Source: a bacterium (GTDB taxonomy: Bacteria > Patescibacteriota > CPR2 > UBA1875 > CAIMLA01). Taken from it: a DNA stretch of 64,000 nt. The stretch is taken from positions 13,975-77,974 of the forward strand of contig JBAXUE010000005.1 of the NCBI GenBank assembly GCA_037129835.1, read 5' to 3'. Below, in pieces: positions 45,943 through 56,104 of the stretch. The position numbers and the translations under genes were made by a program. The notes below the pieces were generated by a model, which was not told where the DNA came from, ran no database searches, and saw only the letters and a program-made list of their open reading frames with translations. Within the stretch, counting starts at the first letter, position 1, and each line of letters starts with the position of its first letter.

Positions 45943-48900
45943 GTGAGGGTAATGAAACCTAGAAAAGCTCAATTCAGAGATGAACGAAAACGAGCTATGG
46001 TCAGACCTTCTGTGTTTGCTTATTTTAGTGTACGTAAAATATTACAAAAGGTTAAAAATTGGGCTTCGGAGAGCTATTTTGTGAGGTTATTCAGAACTTA
46101 TCGGTTATCCCCAGTGATGTTTGGAAAATCTAGGTCTCATAGGCAATTTAAGCCTCAAAAGGTGAGAATATCTATTATGAAGCGAATCCGTTTGTTTTAT
46201 TTTGAGTTATTATATCTACCACACCTCTTTGCTAGAAAACCGCACGACACTGCCTATAAGAATATTAAAATATATAAAAAATACATGGATCATCCTGCTT
46301 CGGGTCCGATAAACCGTTCTGTTGTGGCTGGGTTCTTGGCTTCGACCCTGATATTTTTGACACTTCAATATGTAATGCCAAATGTATTTAATCTTTTTAC
46401 CCCCAATAGGGTAGAGGCATCATCAACGCCGATAACTTGGACCAGTAATGCCGATTTCAATACAAATGCAGTGACCACTGGGACAGCCACCACTATATCC
46501 TCAACTAACGCGACCCCGAACATTATTGTGAGCAATAATCAAATGAAATTGAATACTGGCGCTGGGGTACCCATAGTCCAAACAAGTACATTTACAGTAC
46601 CGGCACTTGTAACAAGTATTAGTGTAAATATCTCCGGCGGCGGCGGCGGAGGTGGTGGTGGGGGTTATAGTTCTCGTCTTAGACAATATTCTGGTACTGC
46701 TGGAACTGCAGGTACTTTTTCAAGTATTAATGTCGGAGGGATGACATTTACTGCAAATGGTGGTAGTGGTGGTGGTGGTGGTTCCCCAAATACAACTACG
46801 CCTGGAGCAAACGGGGCTAGCGGTAGCACTCCTTTCAGCGGATATCCATCGCTAAGTGGGATTCCTGGCGGCGGTGCTGTCGGTGGAGCAGGTGGATCAG
46901 CATATGCCGCCATGTATATCGCTAGTGCTGGCGGAAGTGGCGGTGCTGGGGGAGTAATAACTGGCACAATTTCAGTTACGCCTGGTCAAGTCGTAACATT
47001 AGTTACTGGGATAGCGGGTCAAGGCGGCACAAGCCAGTCTTATTCTGGCTCTGGCTCTAGCGGCGGGGCTGGTTTATCTCAGGTAACTTACATATTGCCA
47101 TATAGACCAAGCGGCAATATTTCTGGACTAAAAGTAGATGCTGGTAATGGTGTGAACTATAACTGGGAAAGCATCAATTGGAAATCACAATCCTTGCCCG
47201 CAGATACTTCTATCTCTTTTCAAGTCAGAACTAGTGATAATAATGCAAACTGGTCGGCTTGGGGTGGTCCCTTTACCCAAACTGTGGCTGGTAGTATCTC
47301 TGGAACGGGCAGTATTTCTAGTATGGCGATGTCTCGATATTTAGAAATATATATAATCTTAAATTCACCATTGCAATACTCAACGCCCATCCTTGACGAA
47401 TTTACAATAAACCACAATTCTGTCGAGGCGCCCCTGAATAATGCGACGACACTTTCAAGGATAAATAATGTAAGGTTAAAAAAGTCGACAGGTGGCGAGT
47501 TACCCGCAGGTTCACCAGGAGGAACTACGAGTGAGACCGGCATAAAAGTCACTACAACTGGTCTAAGCTGTGTCGGATGTGCAGTCTCTTATAATCCTTT
47601 TGTCGAAGTGGAATACAAACCAGTCGGGACGGCATTTGACGGCGCTACCAATCTCTTTACGGGTACGGCTGATGGTACTAATACATCTGTGGCAACCATA
47701 AGTGGCCTTCCTACGAGCACTAGCTATCATCTGCAGATGAGGGCTAGAGATGCTCAGGGCAGGGCTTCTAATTGGGTACCATATGGCACGGCTCCAGAAA
47801 ATATTAATGAAGCAGATTTTATTATCGATCATGTTTCTCCTATAGGTTCGATTACTGGTTGGAAATCTAAAACTAATGTAGCAAATGTCTTGTATGGAGA
47901 TAAATACTACGCATCATCGCGAGATATTAAGATTGCTTTTACCGCAACAGATGCCGGTGGCTCGAATCTATCACATGTTCAATTTTCTAATGACGGTAAT
48001 AGCTGGGGGAGTGTAGCTTTGGCAAATGGGGTTGATGGGTTACCAAACACGATTGATGATGTATATACTTTTGTTTCTGACGGAACTAGTCCGATCACGG
48101 GTGCTTATTATGCTGGAGATATTCCTTGGCAGCTTACAGCAAATGACGGTCAAAAGTTAGTCTATTATAGAGTGGTTGATAATGCGAATAATCAAACACC
48201 TTCGTATGTTTGGAGTGTACAACAAGATTTCAACGGTATAACGCAAGGGACACTGGCTACGCTGAATAATATTGATCTCGTTACAAATCCAGACTCAATC
48301 GGAATCTCTACTTTATCGACACCGATCGTTCAAACTTATAGTACGCCTGGTGATTATAGTTTTGCTGTACCTGCTGATGTCGTGACGATGTCTGTTGAGG
48401 TTATCGGTGCTGGAGGCGGAGGTGATACACCAACTACTGGTGGTGCCGGGGGTCCATCGACATTGAGCATAAATGGAAATCCTTCATATTATGTGACTTC
48501 AAATGGTGGTGCAGGCGGTGGAGTAGTGGGAGGGACTTCGGTCGGTGGGTTTGCGGGGCTTACAGCTATAGATGGTCAAGGCGGTGCTGGTGGTGCTACT
48601 GGAACTGAATCAACATTTGTTCCAGCGGGCCCAGACTATGATGATTGTGACCCCCCTAATATAATAGGTTGGCATGATGCGCATTGGGACACTGTTTACT
48701 ATTCAAATGGCGGTGCGGGGGGTAAAGTAACAGGGAATATAACTCCAGTTACAGTGGCGGGGCAAACCTTATCTATAAATGTTGGTGCAGGTGGTGTGGG
48801 GGCAACCGATAGTGCTCCGGATAGTACAAACGCCGGTAATGGTGATAACGGGAGTATTAAAATTACTTATACTACACCTAGCGCTTTTCTGAAAGGAACT

Positions 48901-51900
48901 ATAGGAAATACCGGTGTCGGATTGCGAGTCGGTGATGAGACGAACGGGGTAAAACAAACATGGTCTAGCATGAACTGGTCAGCGACAGGCTTGAGTGCTC
49001 TAAATAAAATTGGCGTCAAGGTACGAGCTTCCGATGTATATGGCAGTGGAAGTTACGTAAATCCATCAAATAATACTAATAGTTTTTATTATTTAAGCTC
49101 TGGAACCTCCGGAGTGATTCCAATATCAGCAAGTATATCTAAGACGAAAACAATTGAAGTTCAGCTAGAGCTCAATGGAGATGGTCTGACCTCGCCGATA
49201 CTAAATGATCTATCTATATCTGCTCTACAGGATCCATCAGCAATCACACTAGAAAGTATTGCACCAACAGGAACGGTAGTCGTAAAGGACGCCACTACTA
49301 GTAGTACTACGTATGCAAAATCCAAAGCTGTTAAGCTTATCATGACTTCTTCGGATGCAGGTTCGGGGGTTAAGGATTTTCAGGTTTCAAATGACGGGAC
49401 TAACTGGGGTACATATACTGATGCAAGTGGAGTAATCTTGGATACAGTAGGAAACTGCACTACTCCAAAAAGTTGGGACGAGACAACCTTAACTTGTTTT
49501 AAGCCTTGGGATTCTTCCTATAGTTCCACGGGCTATACTGCCTGGAGCCTTGGTGGATCAGACGGGCCAAAGACTATTTATGTACGTTACCGAGACAACG
49601 CAGGTAATATTTCTGGTGCGTCAGGATTATATACAACGCCGAATACATACAGCTATACTGTACCGGCAGGTATTACTAGTCTGTATGTGGACATAATGGG
49701 TGGCGGTGGTGGTGGTTCAGCTCCTTACTTTACCTCTGGTTTTGGGGGTGGTCCATCGTCGATAACTGTTGGAGCTAGTACTTATACTGCAGCAGGGGGC
49801 TGTGGTGGTAGTGGTGAGTTTGGACCTGGAACTTGTTCTTCTTTGCCAACAAATAATATTGGATTAACAGTTGTTACTGGCGGCGGCGGTGTTGGTGGAG
49901 CACCAGAGTGTTCTGACGGTTGCGGTGAACCGGGGGCTCCTGGGGATAGAGTCTATGGAAATATCAATGTTACCCCTGGTCAAGTGATAACACTTATAGT
50001 TGGCGCTGGGGGTCTTCCTGGTGGGGGTTATGATGGGGAGCCATTGCCAGGTTCAGCTGGTTCAATTTCTTACAACGTTGGTGCAAAAGCAGATATTGTC
50101 CTTGACACTGCTGGTCCAACAGGAGGCACGATAACCTCCCCTGACGGTTTTATCACCGCTACTTCAAATGCTCTAGTGGTTAACGATGGCACAGATACAG
50201 CTAGCGGAGTTGATACAGCCACAAGGAAAGTCCAACGAAAATCAGCCACACTTTCTGCTGGCGTTTGTGGCAGTTATGGTTCCTTCGCCGATATTACCAC
50301 TACTGGAACTTATCCGAACTTTGTTGATGGGACAATCGCCTCAGATAACTGTTACCAATACCAATATTTGGTTTCTGACAAGGCCGGTCACCAAACTATT
50401 TATACAAGCACTGGTATTGCAAAGGTGGATAATGCCGGTCCTGCGGGTGGTTCTATCTCATATAATAGTGGTTATTTTACCGCTACCTCAATAGCCCTAA
50501 CTGCAAGTGATGGCACAGATACAGCTAGTGGTGTGAATATCGCAAGTAGAATAATGCAAAGAAAATCAGCAACGCTCTCGGCAGGAACATGTGGAGCATA
50601 TGGGTCATTCGCGACCATTACTCCTACCGGGTCTTATCCGAACTTTACAGACACGACGGTTGTAAATGCGAACTGTTACCAATATCAATATCTAGTATCA
50701 GATAATTCTGCCAATAGAAAGACCTACACCACAACAAATGTAGCAAGGGTGGATACGGTCGCTCCCACTACTACGGGTTCTATTACAGCCGGTACGACGG
50801 GAGCTAACGACTGGTACAAAGAAGATAATGTCACATATACTCTCATTCCTGCAGATGTAACTTCGACGGTGGCAACCACTATGTACTGCTTGGACACAAT
50901 CGGCAACTGTAGCCCAACCACAGTATTAACGACACCATTTCATATCACTCTTTCAACGGAGTCAGCGACAAACCATATACGTTACAAATCAACTGATAAT
51001 GCTGGGAATGTACAGACTGTTGTAGATTCCGGAGTTATCAAGCTAGACAAAACGGGACCAAACGGTTCGGTAACAGTAAATAGTGGTGATAAGGCCACCA
51101 ATGATCCTGAATTAAAAGCAAACCTAGCCTTTACTCTCAATGACTCACTTTCTGGTGTTGAGAAATATCAGATAGATAATAATGATAATGCTTGGCTACC
51201 ATCCACTCCTGTTGATATATCTACTTCGGGTGCTTCTATGTCTGGTACTTACCCAAATTGGCAGCTAGCACCTGCTGGTGATGGTAGAAAAGTAGTAAGA
51301 ATAAAACTTACCGACCTCGCTGGTAATGAGGTAACTAATATAACCAATTGGATTGCTTATGATACGACACCGCCAAGTTCTGTAAACACGATAGTTGTAA
51401 AAAACGGAGATAATCTTTCACAAACACTAGAAGCAAATGGACACTCGCAGGGATGGTATACATATAATAAACCACAGTTCAACTTTGGCGCCGTCGATGA
51501 TGAATCGGGTATCAAGGAATTTAAATATTGTTTCTACCGAGCTGCAGATGAGAACTGCGACTATAGTGTTAACACGCCAATACCAGCGATAGAAGAAGGG
51601 GAGACAAGTACCTATAAAGCAAACTATATGCCGACTCTTACGGACTTAAGACAAGGTGCTTTAACCTTTAAGGTAAAGGGTGTCGACTATGTCGGCCTCG
51701 AGTCTCCTGTTGCAACATATATCTATAAATATGATGTGACCTTACCAGGTAGGGTATCTGGTTTTTCCGCTTCGAAGGGAACAGAAGAAACAACAGTAAA
51801 GCTTACTTGGAATGTGGCAAATATTGATACTGGATACCAGGCGCCTATAGAACAATACAAGATTGAGAGACTGCTTGCATCCGAATATACCAGCGGACTC

Positions 51901-54900
51901 GGTGTAGACGGTAATTGGGCAGAAACAATAAACGGTACGAAAATGTATCCAAGTTATTATTCTATAGTCTTGGATACTGTAACTGATTCGGCTAAGATTC
52001 CAAAAATAGATAATATCTATAACTATCGTGACGAAACTATGGAAAATTCTACTAAATATATCTATCGTATCTCTGCAAAAGATTTTTCTAATACTACTCC
52101 TAACGATGGCTTTGGACCACCGCCTGTCAACGAGCCAGCGTTTGAGACTTATGGTTATACAAAGGATAGTAAGACTCCAGAGATAATGCCTTCCGGCGTG
52201 ACGGCGGATGTATGTGATGGGGCCAGTCTCTATAATATCGTTTCAAGCCCAACAGGTAATTGTACTGATCTCTCTAAGAGGGCCAAAGAGGTTAAGGTGT
52301 CTTGGTCGGGAGCTTCTGACAAAGGCTCGGGAATTGATTATTATGAAATCTATCGTCGAGAAGGCTATAGTAGCATGGATTTAACAGGTTGGACAGTGGT
52401 GGGGACATCCCCCGAAACAAATGATAGTCTTATTGTTAGACGAGTATTTTTTGATGAGACTGTGCTTGATGCTAAAAAATATTCATATCGTATTGTGGCT
52501 TATGATAATGCAAGGCCCATTCCTGCGAATAGTACAGATCTTATTTTGAATAATGACGAAACTGACGTCACGAATGCTACTATTATTCCAGCAGAAGTTC
52601 CCGACATCACCGCACCAATTGTGCCAGACGCATTTGGTATTTTACCGCTAGGTATTGATTATAATAATCCCGCAAAAGACGCAAACGGCGACCCCTTTCA
52701 GAAAGTAATGATCAGTTGGAAACAAACAACTGACAACTATGCAAACACCAGCATAACTTATGACCTTTACTTTAAGAACGTGGCCTCTGAGGAACCTTTT
52801 GAACAAATACATACCGAATCGTCGGAGCCTTACGACCCAGCTGTTATCCCTCCTGCCACGGAACCACCAACTAAATTATCGTTCTCTTATAGTCAGACAG
52901 GTCTAGAAGGATTAACATCGTATTATTATCAACTAAAGGTTACTGACTCGGACGGAAACACCGCCACTAGTAGTACTAAAGTAATAACTACGGGAAACAG
53001 CGCTGCACCAACACCTCCAACAGAAGTCGAAGTTAGAAATGATGTCAATTCTTTAACCAATGCGAGTACTCAGCTTGCAGTTTCATATCGAGGAAGCTGG
53101 TCTAGAAAGTGTAACTCAGTTACAAAGGCAAACTGTATTATCGGATACGAGGCATACCAAACAACCAGTAATATTTCTCCAGATATCGACGGCAGTCAGA
53201 CAGTAACTGATTCTGACAACTGTAGTTTGACTGAAACGCCAGATGATTGTTGGATAAGAATCAATAGTGCTACTCTTGTTAATAATCAAACACTAAACCC
53301 AATAGAAGATGAGAGATATACAAGCAAGAGAAGCTTTGTTGCAAATAATCTGATCTCGGCAACCAGGTATTATTATAGAGTTCGAGCAATCGATAATAGT
53401 ACAGATGTCGTCGGTGGATTGAAGTCAGCTTTTTCAACAACATTCGAAGAAACAAAACATAAAACAAATGACCTTCCGGATTCTGGCTGGGATATAACAA
53501 GGGACCTTACTCCTCCTCCACTTCCAATAGATGGTCTAGAAGTTAAGGTACGTGATACCCATCCAAATTCTACTTTGCTGAGAAACTTAATTAGTTGGAA
53601 AATACTAAGTGAAAAACCCTTAAGAAAGAAACTTCCTTATGAAACAGCTTATAACGCTACGACGAATCCAAAGGGCTGTAAAATAGTGGTTGTGAGCGGT
53701 GTAGACTACTGTAACGACTTTTATAGTTATGAAGTATATCGAGAAGTAGTGGACTCTAATGATAAAGTGATTTACGAAACTTCTACCCCGATAAAGACAG
53801 AGATTAACCCTGAGACGAATTTCTATATCGATGAGATTGGCAACACAGATCTTATCGGTGGTACGGGCAACAGCTCATTACTTATCGACGCCAAAATAAG
53901 ATACTATGTCAAAGTCGTAGATAGTTCTACTCATAATTTCAACTATCCAGATGGCTCTAGTATTAATGCGCTTCCAAATAAAACCGAGAGGCAAAATTCT
54001 GCCTATACTATTATTCCAGCCAAAGCGATACCTGCCGTTATCGGCAGTGTAAGCTTAACTGATGTTAGCGTTACGACAGCTGTTGTTGGTTGGGCTACGG
54101 ATCAAGATACAGATTCCCTCGTTCAATATAGAGTCAAAGGAAGCACCGGGGATTGGGTAACTGTAGGCCAAGTTGAGAGAAGTTCTTCACATTCCGTGAG
54201 ACTTATCGGAATGCTCCCAAATACGGCATATGAGTACAAGCTAGTTTCTAGAAATTATCTCGATAACAGAGCTTTGTATGTTGAATCTTCTGTTCCTGAT
54301 CTGGCAACTACTGGCTTCAATATTACACCGGGTACTGTAACAACCACTACTTCTACAACTGAAGTTAAATGGACTACTAATCTAGACGCTTCATCGGCCT
54401 TTGTCGAGTATCAACTTCAAAAACAACCAGGTGATGACCCTCAGGGAGGTACTGCTGGCGTAGAACCGGCGGCTCTTGCTGCAAGTCCTGCAAATCATAA
54501 GGTAATCATCAAGGGTCTACGTTCATCCAGGACTTATACCTACAAGATTAAATCTATATCCAAAGATGGTTATCTCGCCGAACATCCTGCCGGTGAATTC
54601 GCAACATTCAAGACCAGGTCTTTCGATTCGGCCCAGTTTACTCTCTCTCCTTCATCTTCAAATGTTGCAGAAAGAAATATTACAGCTACCACAGCCCAGA
54701 TAGTTTGGCAGACAGAGAATCCCACTACCTCATGGGTGGATTACTCTACTACCTCAGGTGTTTACGATGGTGCGGCGGGTAATAATGATTTAGTAAGTTC
54801 TCATGTTGTAGTAATAGATGGTCTTATTCCAGGTACGAAGTATTTCTACAGGGTTCGGGTAAAAGATGTCAATGAAGTAGAATATACGTCTCAGGAGTAT

Positions 54901-55611
54901 TCTTTCACCGCTATTCTTAAGCCAAAGATTGCTAATATGTCAGTTAGAGACATTACCCCATACTCAGTTACTATTTCTTGGGAGACAAATGTTGATACCG
55001 AAACGATTCTTAACTGGGGTACAACGGCTGCTTATGGCGAAAAGAGGGGTATTACGGGAGAGTCCAAGGCCCATCAGATAAAGGTAGATAATCTCTTAGA
55101 CAATCAAGAATATCACTATCAGATTGTAGCGAAAGATGAGACTGGTAATGAAGTTGTTGATATTGACAAGATAGTTAGAACGCCGCTAGATACCGATGGG
55201 CCCAAGATTACAAATGCCAAGGTTGATATCCTTCCAATGGGCGAGAGCGACAGTACATCCTCTATTATCGTTTCCTGGCAGACAAATAAACCTGCCTCTA
55301 CACAAGTTAAATATGGGGAAGGAATGCTTGGAGGAGAGTATGCGAATGAGTCTGTAGAAGACCCATCTCTTAACAATTCTCATACGGTTATCATCAAGGG
55401 CCTTAGACCTGCATCGACTTATCATTACAAGATGATATCTAAGGATAAGCGTGCTAATGTAACAGAATCCCAGGATTATACGTTTGTTACCCCAACCAAA
55501 GAAAAATCTATTCTTCAACTTATTCTTAAATCACTAGAAGACACCTTTGCTTGGACAGGAAAACTCAACCAGTTCTTTGGTAAGCTGGGCAATAGGTTTA
55601 TGGGACGGTAA
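45943..55611 (+). CDS. Giant surface protein: basic N-tail, TM/signal, three Gly-rich modules, Ig-like and FN3 domains
   Basis: 3222 aa; GGGGG modules; repeated D..GN and TP...Y.Y motifs; C-terminal W.T...S.V.Y...H.V...GL...T.Y.Y repeats. Confidence 0.9.
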   Translation: MRVMKPRKAQFRDERKRAMVRPSVFAYFSVRKILQKVKNWASESYFVRLFRTYRLSPVMFGKSRSHRQFKPQKVRISIMKRIRLFYFELLYLPHLFARKPHDTAYKNIKIYKKYMDHPASGPINRSVVAGFLASTLIFLTLQYVMPNVFNLFTPNRVEASSTPITWTSNADFNTNAVTTGTATTISSTNATPNIIVSNNQMKLNTGAGVPIVQTSTFTVPALVTSISVNISGGGGGGGGGGYSSRLRQYSGTAGTAGTFSSINVGGMTFTANGGSGGGGGSPNTTTPGANGASGSTPFSGYPSLSGIPGGGAVGGAGGSAYAAMYIASAGGSGGAGGVITGTISVTPGQVVTLVTGIAGQGGTSQSYSGSGSSGGAGLSQVTYILPYRPSGNISGLKVDAGNGVNYNWESINWKSQSLPADTSISFQVRTSDNNANWSAWGGPFTQTVAGSISGTGSISSMAMSRYLEIYIILNSPLQYSTPILDEFTINHNSVEAPLNNATTLSRINNVRLKKSTGGELPAGSPGGTTSETGIKVTTTGLSCVGCAVSYNPFVEVEYKPVGTAFDGATNLFTGTADGTNTSVATISGLPTSTSYHLQMRARDAQGRASNWVPYGTAPENINEADFIIDHVSPIGSITGWKSKTNVANVLYGDKYYASSRDIKIAFTATDAGGSNLSHVQFSNDGNSWGSVALANGVDGLPNTIDDVYTFVSDGTSPITGAYYAGDIPWQLTANDGQKLVYYRVVDNANNQTPSYVWSVQQDFNGITQGTLATLNNIDLVTNPDSIGISTLSTPIVQTYSTPGDYSFAVPADVVTMSVEVIGAGGGGDTPTTGGAGGPSTLSINGNPSYYVTSNGGAGGGVVGGTSVGGFAGLTAIDGQGGAGGATGTESTFVPAGPDYDDCDPPNIIGWHDAHWDTVYYSNGGAGGKVTGNITPVTVAGQTLSINVGAGGVGATDSAPDSTNAGNGDNGSIKITYTTPSAFLKGTIGNTGVGLRVGDETNGVKQTWSSMNWSATGLSALNKIGVKVRASDVYGSGSYVNPSNNTNSFYYLSSGTSGVIPISASISKTKTIEVQLELNGDGLTSPILNDLSISALQDPSAITLESIAPTGTVVVKDATTSSTTYAKSKAVKLIMTSSDAGSGVKDFQVSNDGTNWGTYTDASGVILDTVGNCTTPKSWDETTLTCFKPWDSSYSSTGYTAWSLGGSDGPKTIYVRYRDNAGNISGASGLYTTPNTYSYTVPAGITSLYVDIMGGGGGGSAPYFTSGFGGGPSSITVGASTYTAAGGCGGSGEFGPGTCSSLPTNNIGLTVVTGGGGVGGAPECSDGCGEPGAPGDRVYGNINVTPGQVITLIVGAGGLPGGGYDGEPLPGSAGSISYNVGAKADIVLDTAGPTGGTITSPDGFITATSNALVVNDGTDTASGVDTATRKVQRKSATLSAGVCGSYGSFADITTTGTYPNFVDGTIASDNCYQYQYLVSDKAGHQTIYTSTGIAKVDNAGPAGGSISYNSGYFTATSIALTASDGTDTASGVNIASRIMQRKSATLSAGTCGAYGSFATITPTGSYPNFTDTTVVNANCYQYQYLVSDNSANRKTYTTTNVARVDTVAPTTTGSITAGTTGANDWYKEDNVTYTLIPADVTSTVATTMYCLDTIGNCSPTTVLTTPFHITLSTESATNHIRYKSTDNAGNVQTVVDSGVIKLDKTGPNGSVTVNSGDKATNDPELKANLAFTLNDSLSGVEKYQIDNNDNAWLPSTPVDISTSGASMSGTYPNWQLAPAGDGRKVVRIKLTDLAGNEVTNITNWIAYDTTPPSSVNTIVVKNGDNLSQTLEANGHSQGWYTYNKPQFNFGAVDDESGIKEFKYCFYRAADENCDYSVNTPIPAIEEGETSTYKANYMPTLTDLRQGALTFKVKGVDYVGLESPVATYIYKYDVTLPGRVSGFSASKGTEETTVKLTWNVANIDTGYQAPIEQYKIERLLASEYTSGLGVDGNWAETINGTKMYPSYYSIVLDTVTDSAKIPKIDNIYNYRDETMENSTKYIYRISAKDFSNTTPNDGFGPPPVNEPAFETYGYTKDSKTPEIMPSGVTADVCDGASLYNIVSSPTGNCTDLSKRAKEVKVSWSGASDKGSGIDYYEIYRREGYSSMDLTGWTVVGTSPETNDSLIVRRVFFDETVLDAKKYSYRIVAYDNARPIPANSTDLILNNDETDVTNATIIPAEVPDITAPIVPDAFGILPLGIDYNNPAKDANGDPFQKVMISWKQTTDNYANTSITYDLYFKNVASEEPFEQIHTESSEPYDPAVIPPATEPPTKLSFSYSQTGLEGLTSYYYQLKVTDSDGNTATSSTKVITTGNSAAPTPPTEVEVRNDVNSLTNASTQLAVSYRGSWSRKCNSVTKANCIIGYEAYQTTSNISPDIDGSQTVTDSDNCSLTETPDDCWIRINSATLVNNQTLNPIEDERYTSKRSFVANNLISATRYYYRVRAIDNSTDVVGGLKSAFSTTFEETKHKTNDLPDSGWDITRDLTPPPLPIDGLEVKVRDTHPNSTLLRNLISWKILSEKPLRKKLPYETAYNATTNPKGCKIVVVSGVDYCNDFYSYEVYREVVDSNDKVIYETSTPIKTEINPETNFYIDEIGNTDLIGGTGNSSLLIDAKIRYYVKVVDSSTHNFNYPDGSSINALPNKTERQNSAYTIIPAKAIPAVIGSVSLTDVSVTTAVVGWATDQDTDSLVQYRVKGSTGDWVTVGQVERSSSHSVRLIGMLPNTAYEYKLVSRNYLDNRALYVESSVPDLATTGFNITPGTVTTTTSTTEVKWTTNLDASSAFVEYQLQKQPGDDPQGGTAGVEPAALAASPANHKVIIKGLRSSRTYTYKIKSISKDGYLAEHPAGEFATFKTRSFDSAQFTLSPSSSNVAERNITATTAQIVWQTENPTTSWVDYSTTSGVYDGAAGNNDLVSSHVVVIDGLIPGTKYFYRVRVKDVNEVEYTSQEYSFTAILKPKIANMSVRDITPYSVTISWETNVDTETILNWGTTAAYGEKRGITGESKAHQIKVDNLLDNQEYHYQIVAKDETGNEVVDIDKIVRTPLDTDGPKITNAKVDILPMGESDSTSSIIVSWQTNKPASTQVKYGEGMLGGEYANESVEDPSLNNSHTVIIKGLRPASTYHYKMISKDKRANVTESQDYTFVTPTKEKSILQLILKSLEDTFAWTGKLNQFFGKLGNRFMGR

Positions 55612-55666
55612 TATTATTGTATCGTTTGGAATATAGTTCATAATATAGAGTAAGCTAGGAGGAATA

Positions 55667-56104
55667 ATGCTACAAAATACACAAAATACACAAAACATAC
55701 AACCTCAAACTGTAGAAAATATACCGGAGGGAGCTGTCGAATTACCTCAAGTCCAGGTGGAACAAGCCATACCGGCCGTAGAAAGTACTGTCGTATCAGA
55801 GCAGCTACCTACAAATATTGTGAGTAATAATACAGTGCAACAAGCTAATGATGCTGTTGTTGCCCAAGCGACCGTTACGGCGGTGGCTGCCGTTTCTGAT
55901 ACACCAAGAGCACTACCTCCGGTAAAAATTAAAGATGATACCATAGAGCTAAAAGGTGATGATATATATCTCAGAGAGGTGAAAAGAGTTATTAAAGAAG
56001 ATGCTGAAAACCCAGAAAAGCAAGAAGAAGATGCTGAAACAATTCAGGTCGATTATATGGCAAATCATTTTGGGGTTAAAATGAAGAGAGAGGAAGATGA
56101 GTAA
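55667..56104 (+). CDS. Hypothetical protein, low-complexity N-terminus
   Basis: SD AGGAGG; C-terminal K.VIKE..ENP.KQ.E.......Y....FG. Confidence 0.75.
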   Translation: MLQNTQNTQNIQPQTVENIPEGAVELPQVQVEQAIPAVESTVVSEQLPTNIVSNNTVQQANDAVVAQATVTAVAAVSDTPRALPPVKIKDDTIELKGDDIYLREVKRVIKEDAENPEKQEEDAETIQVDYMANHFGVKMKREEDE

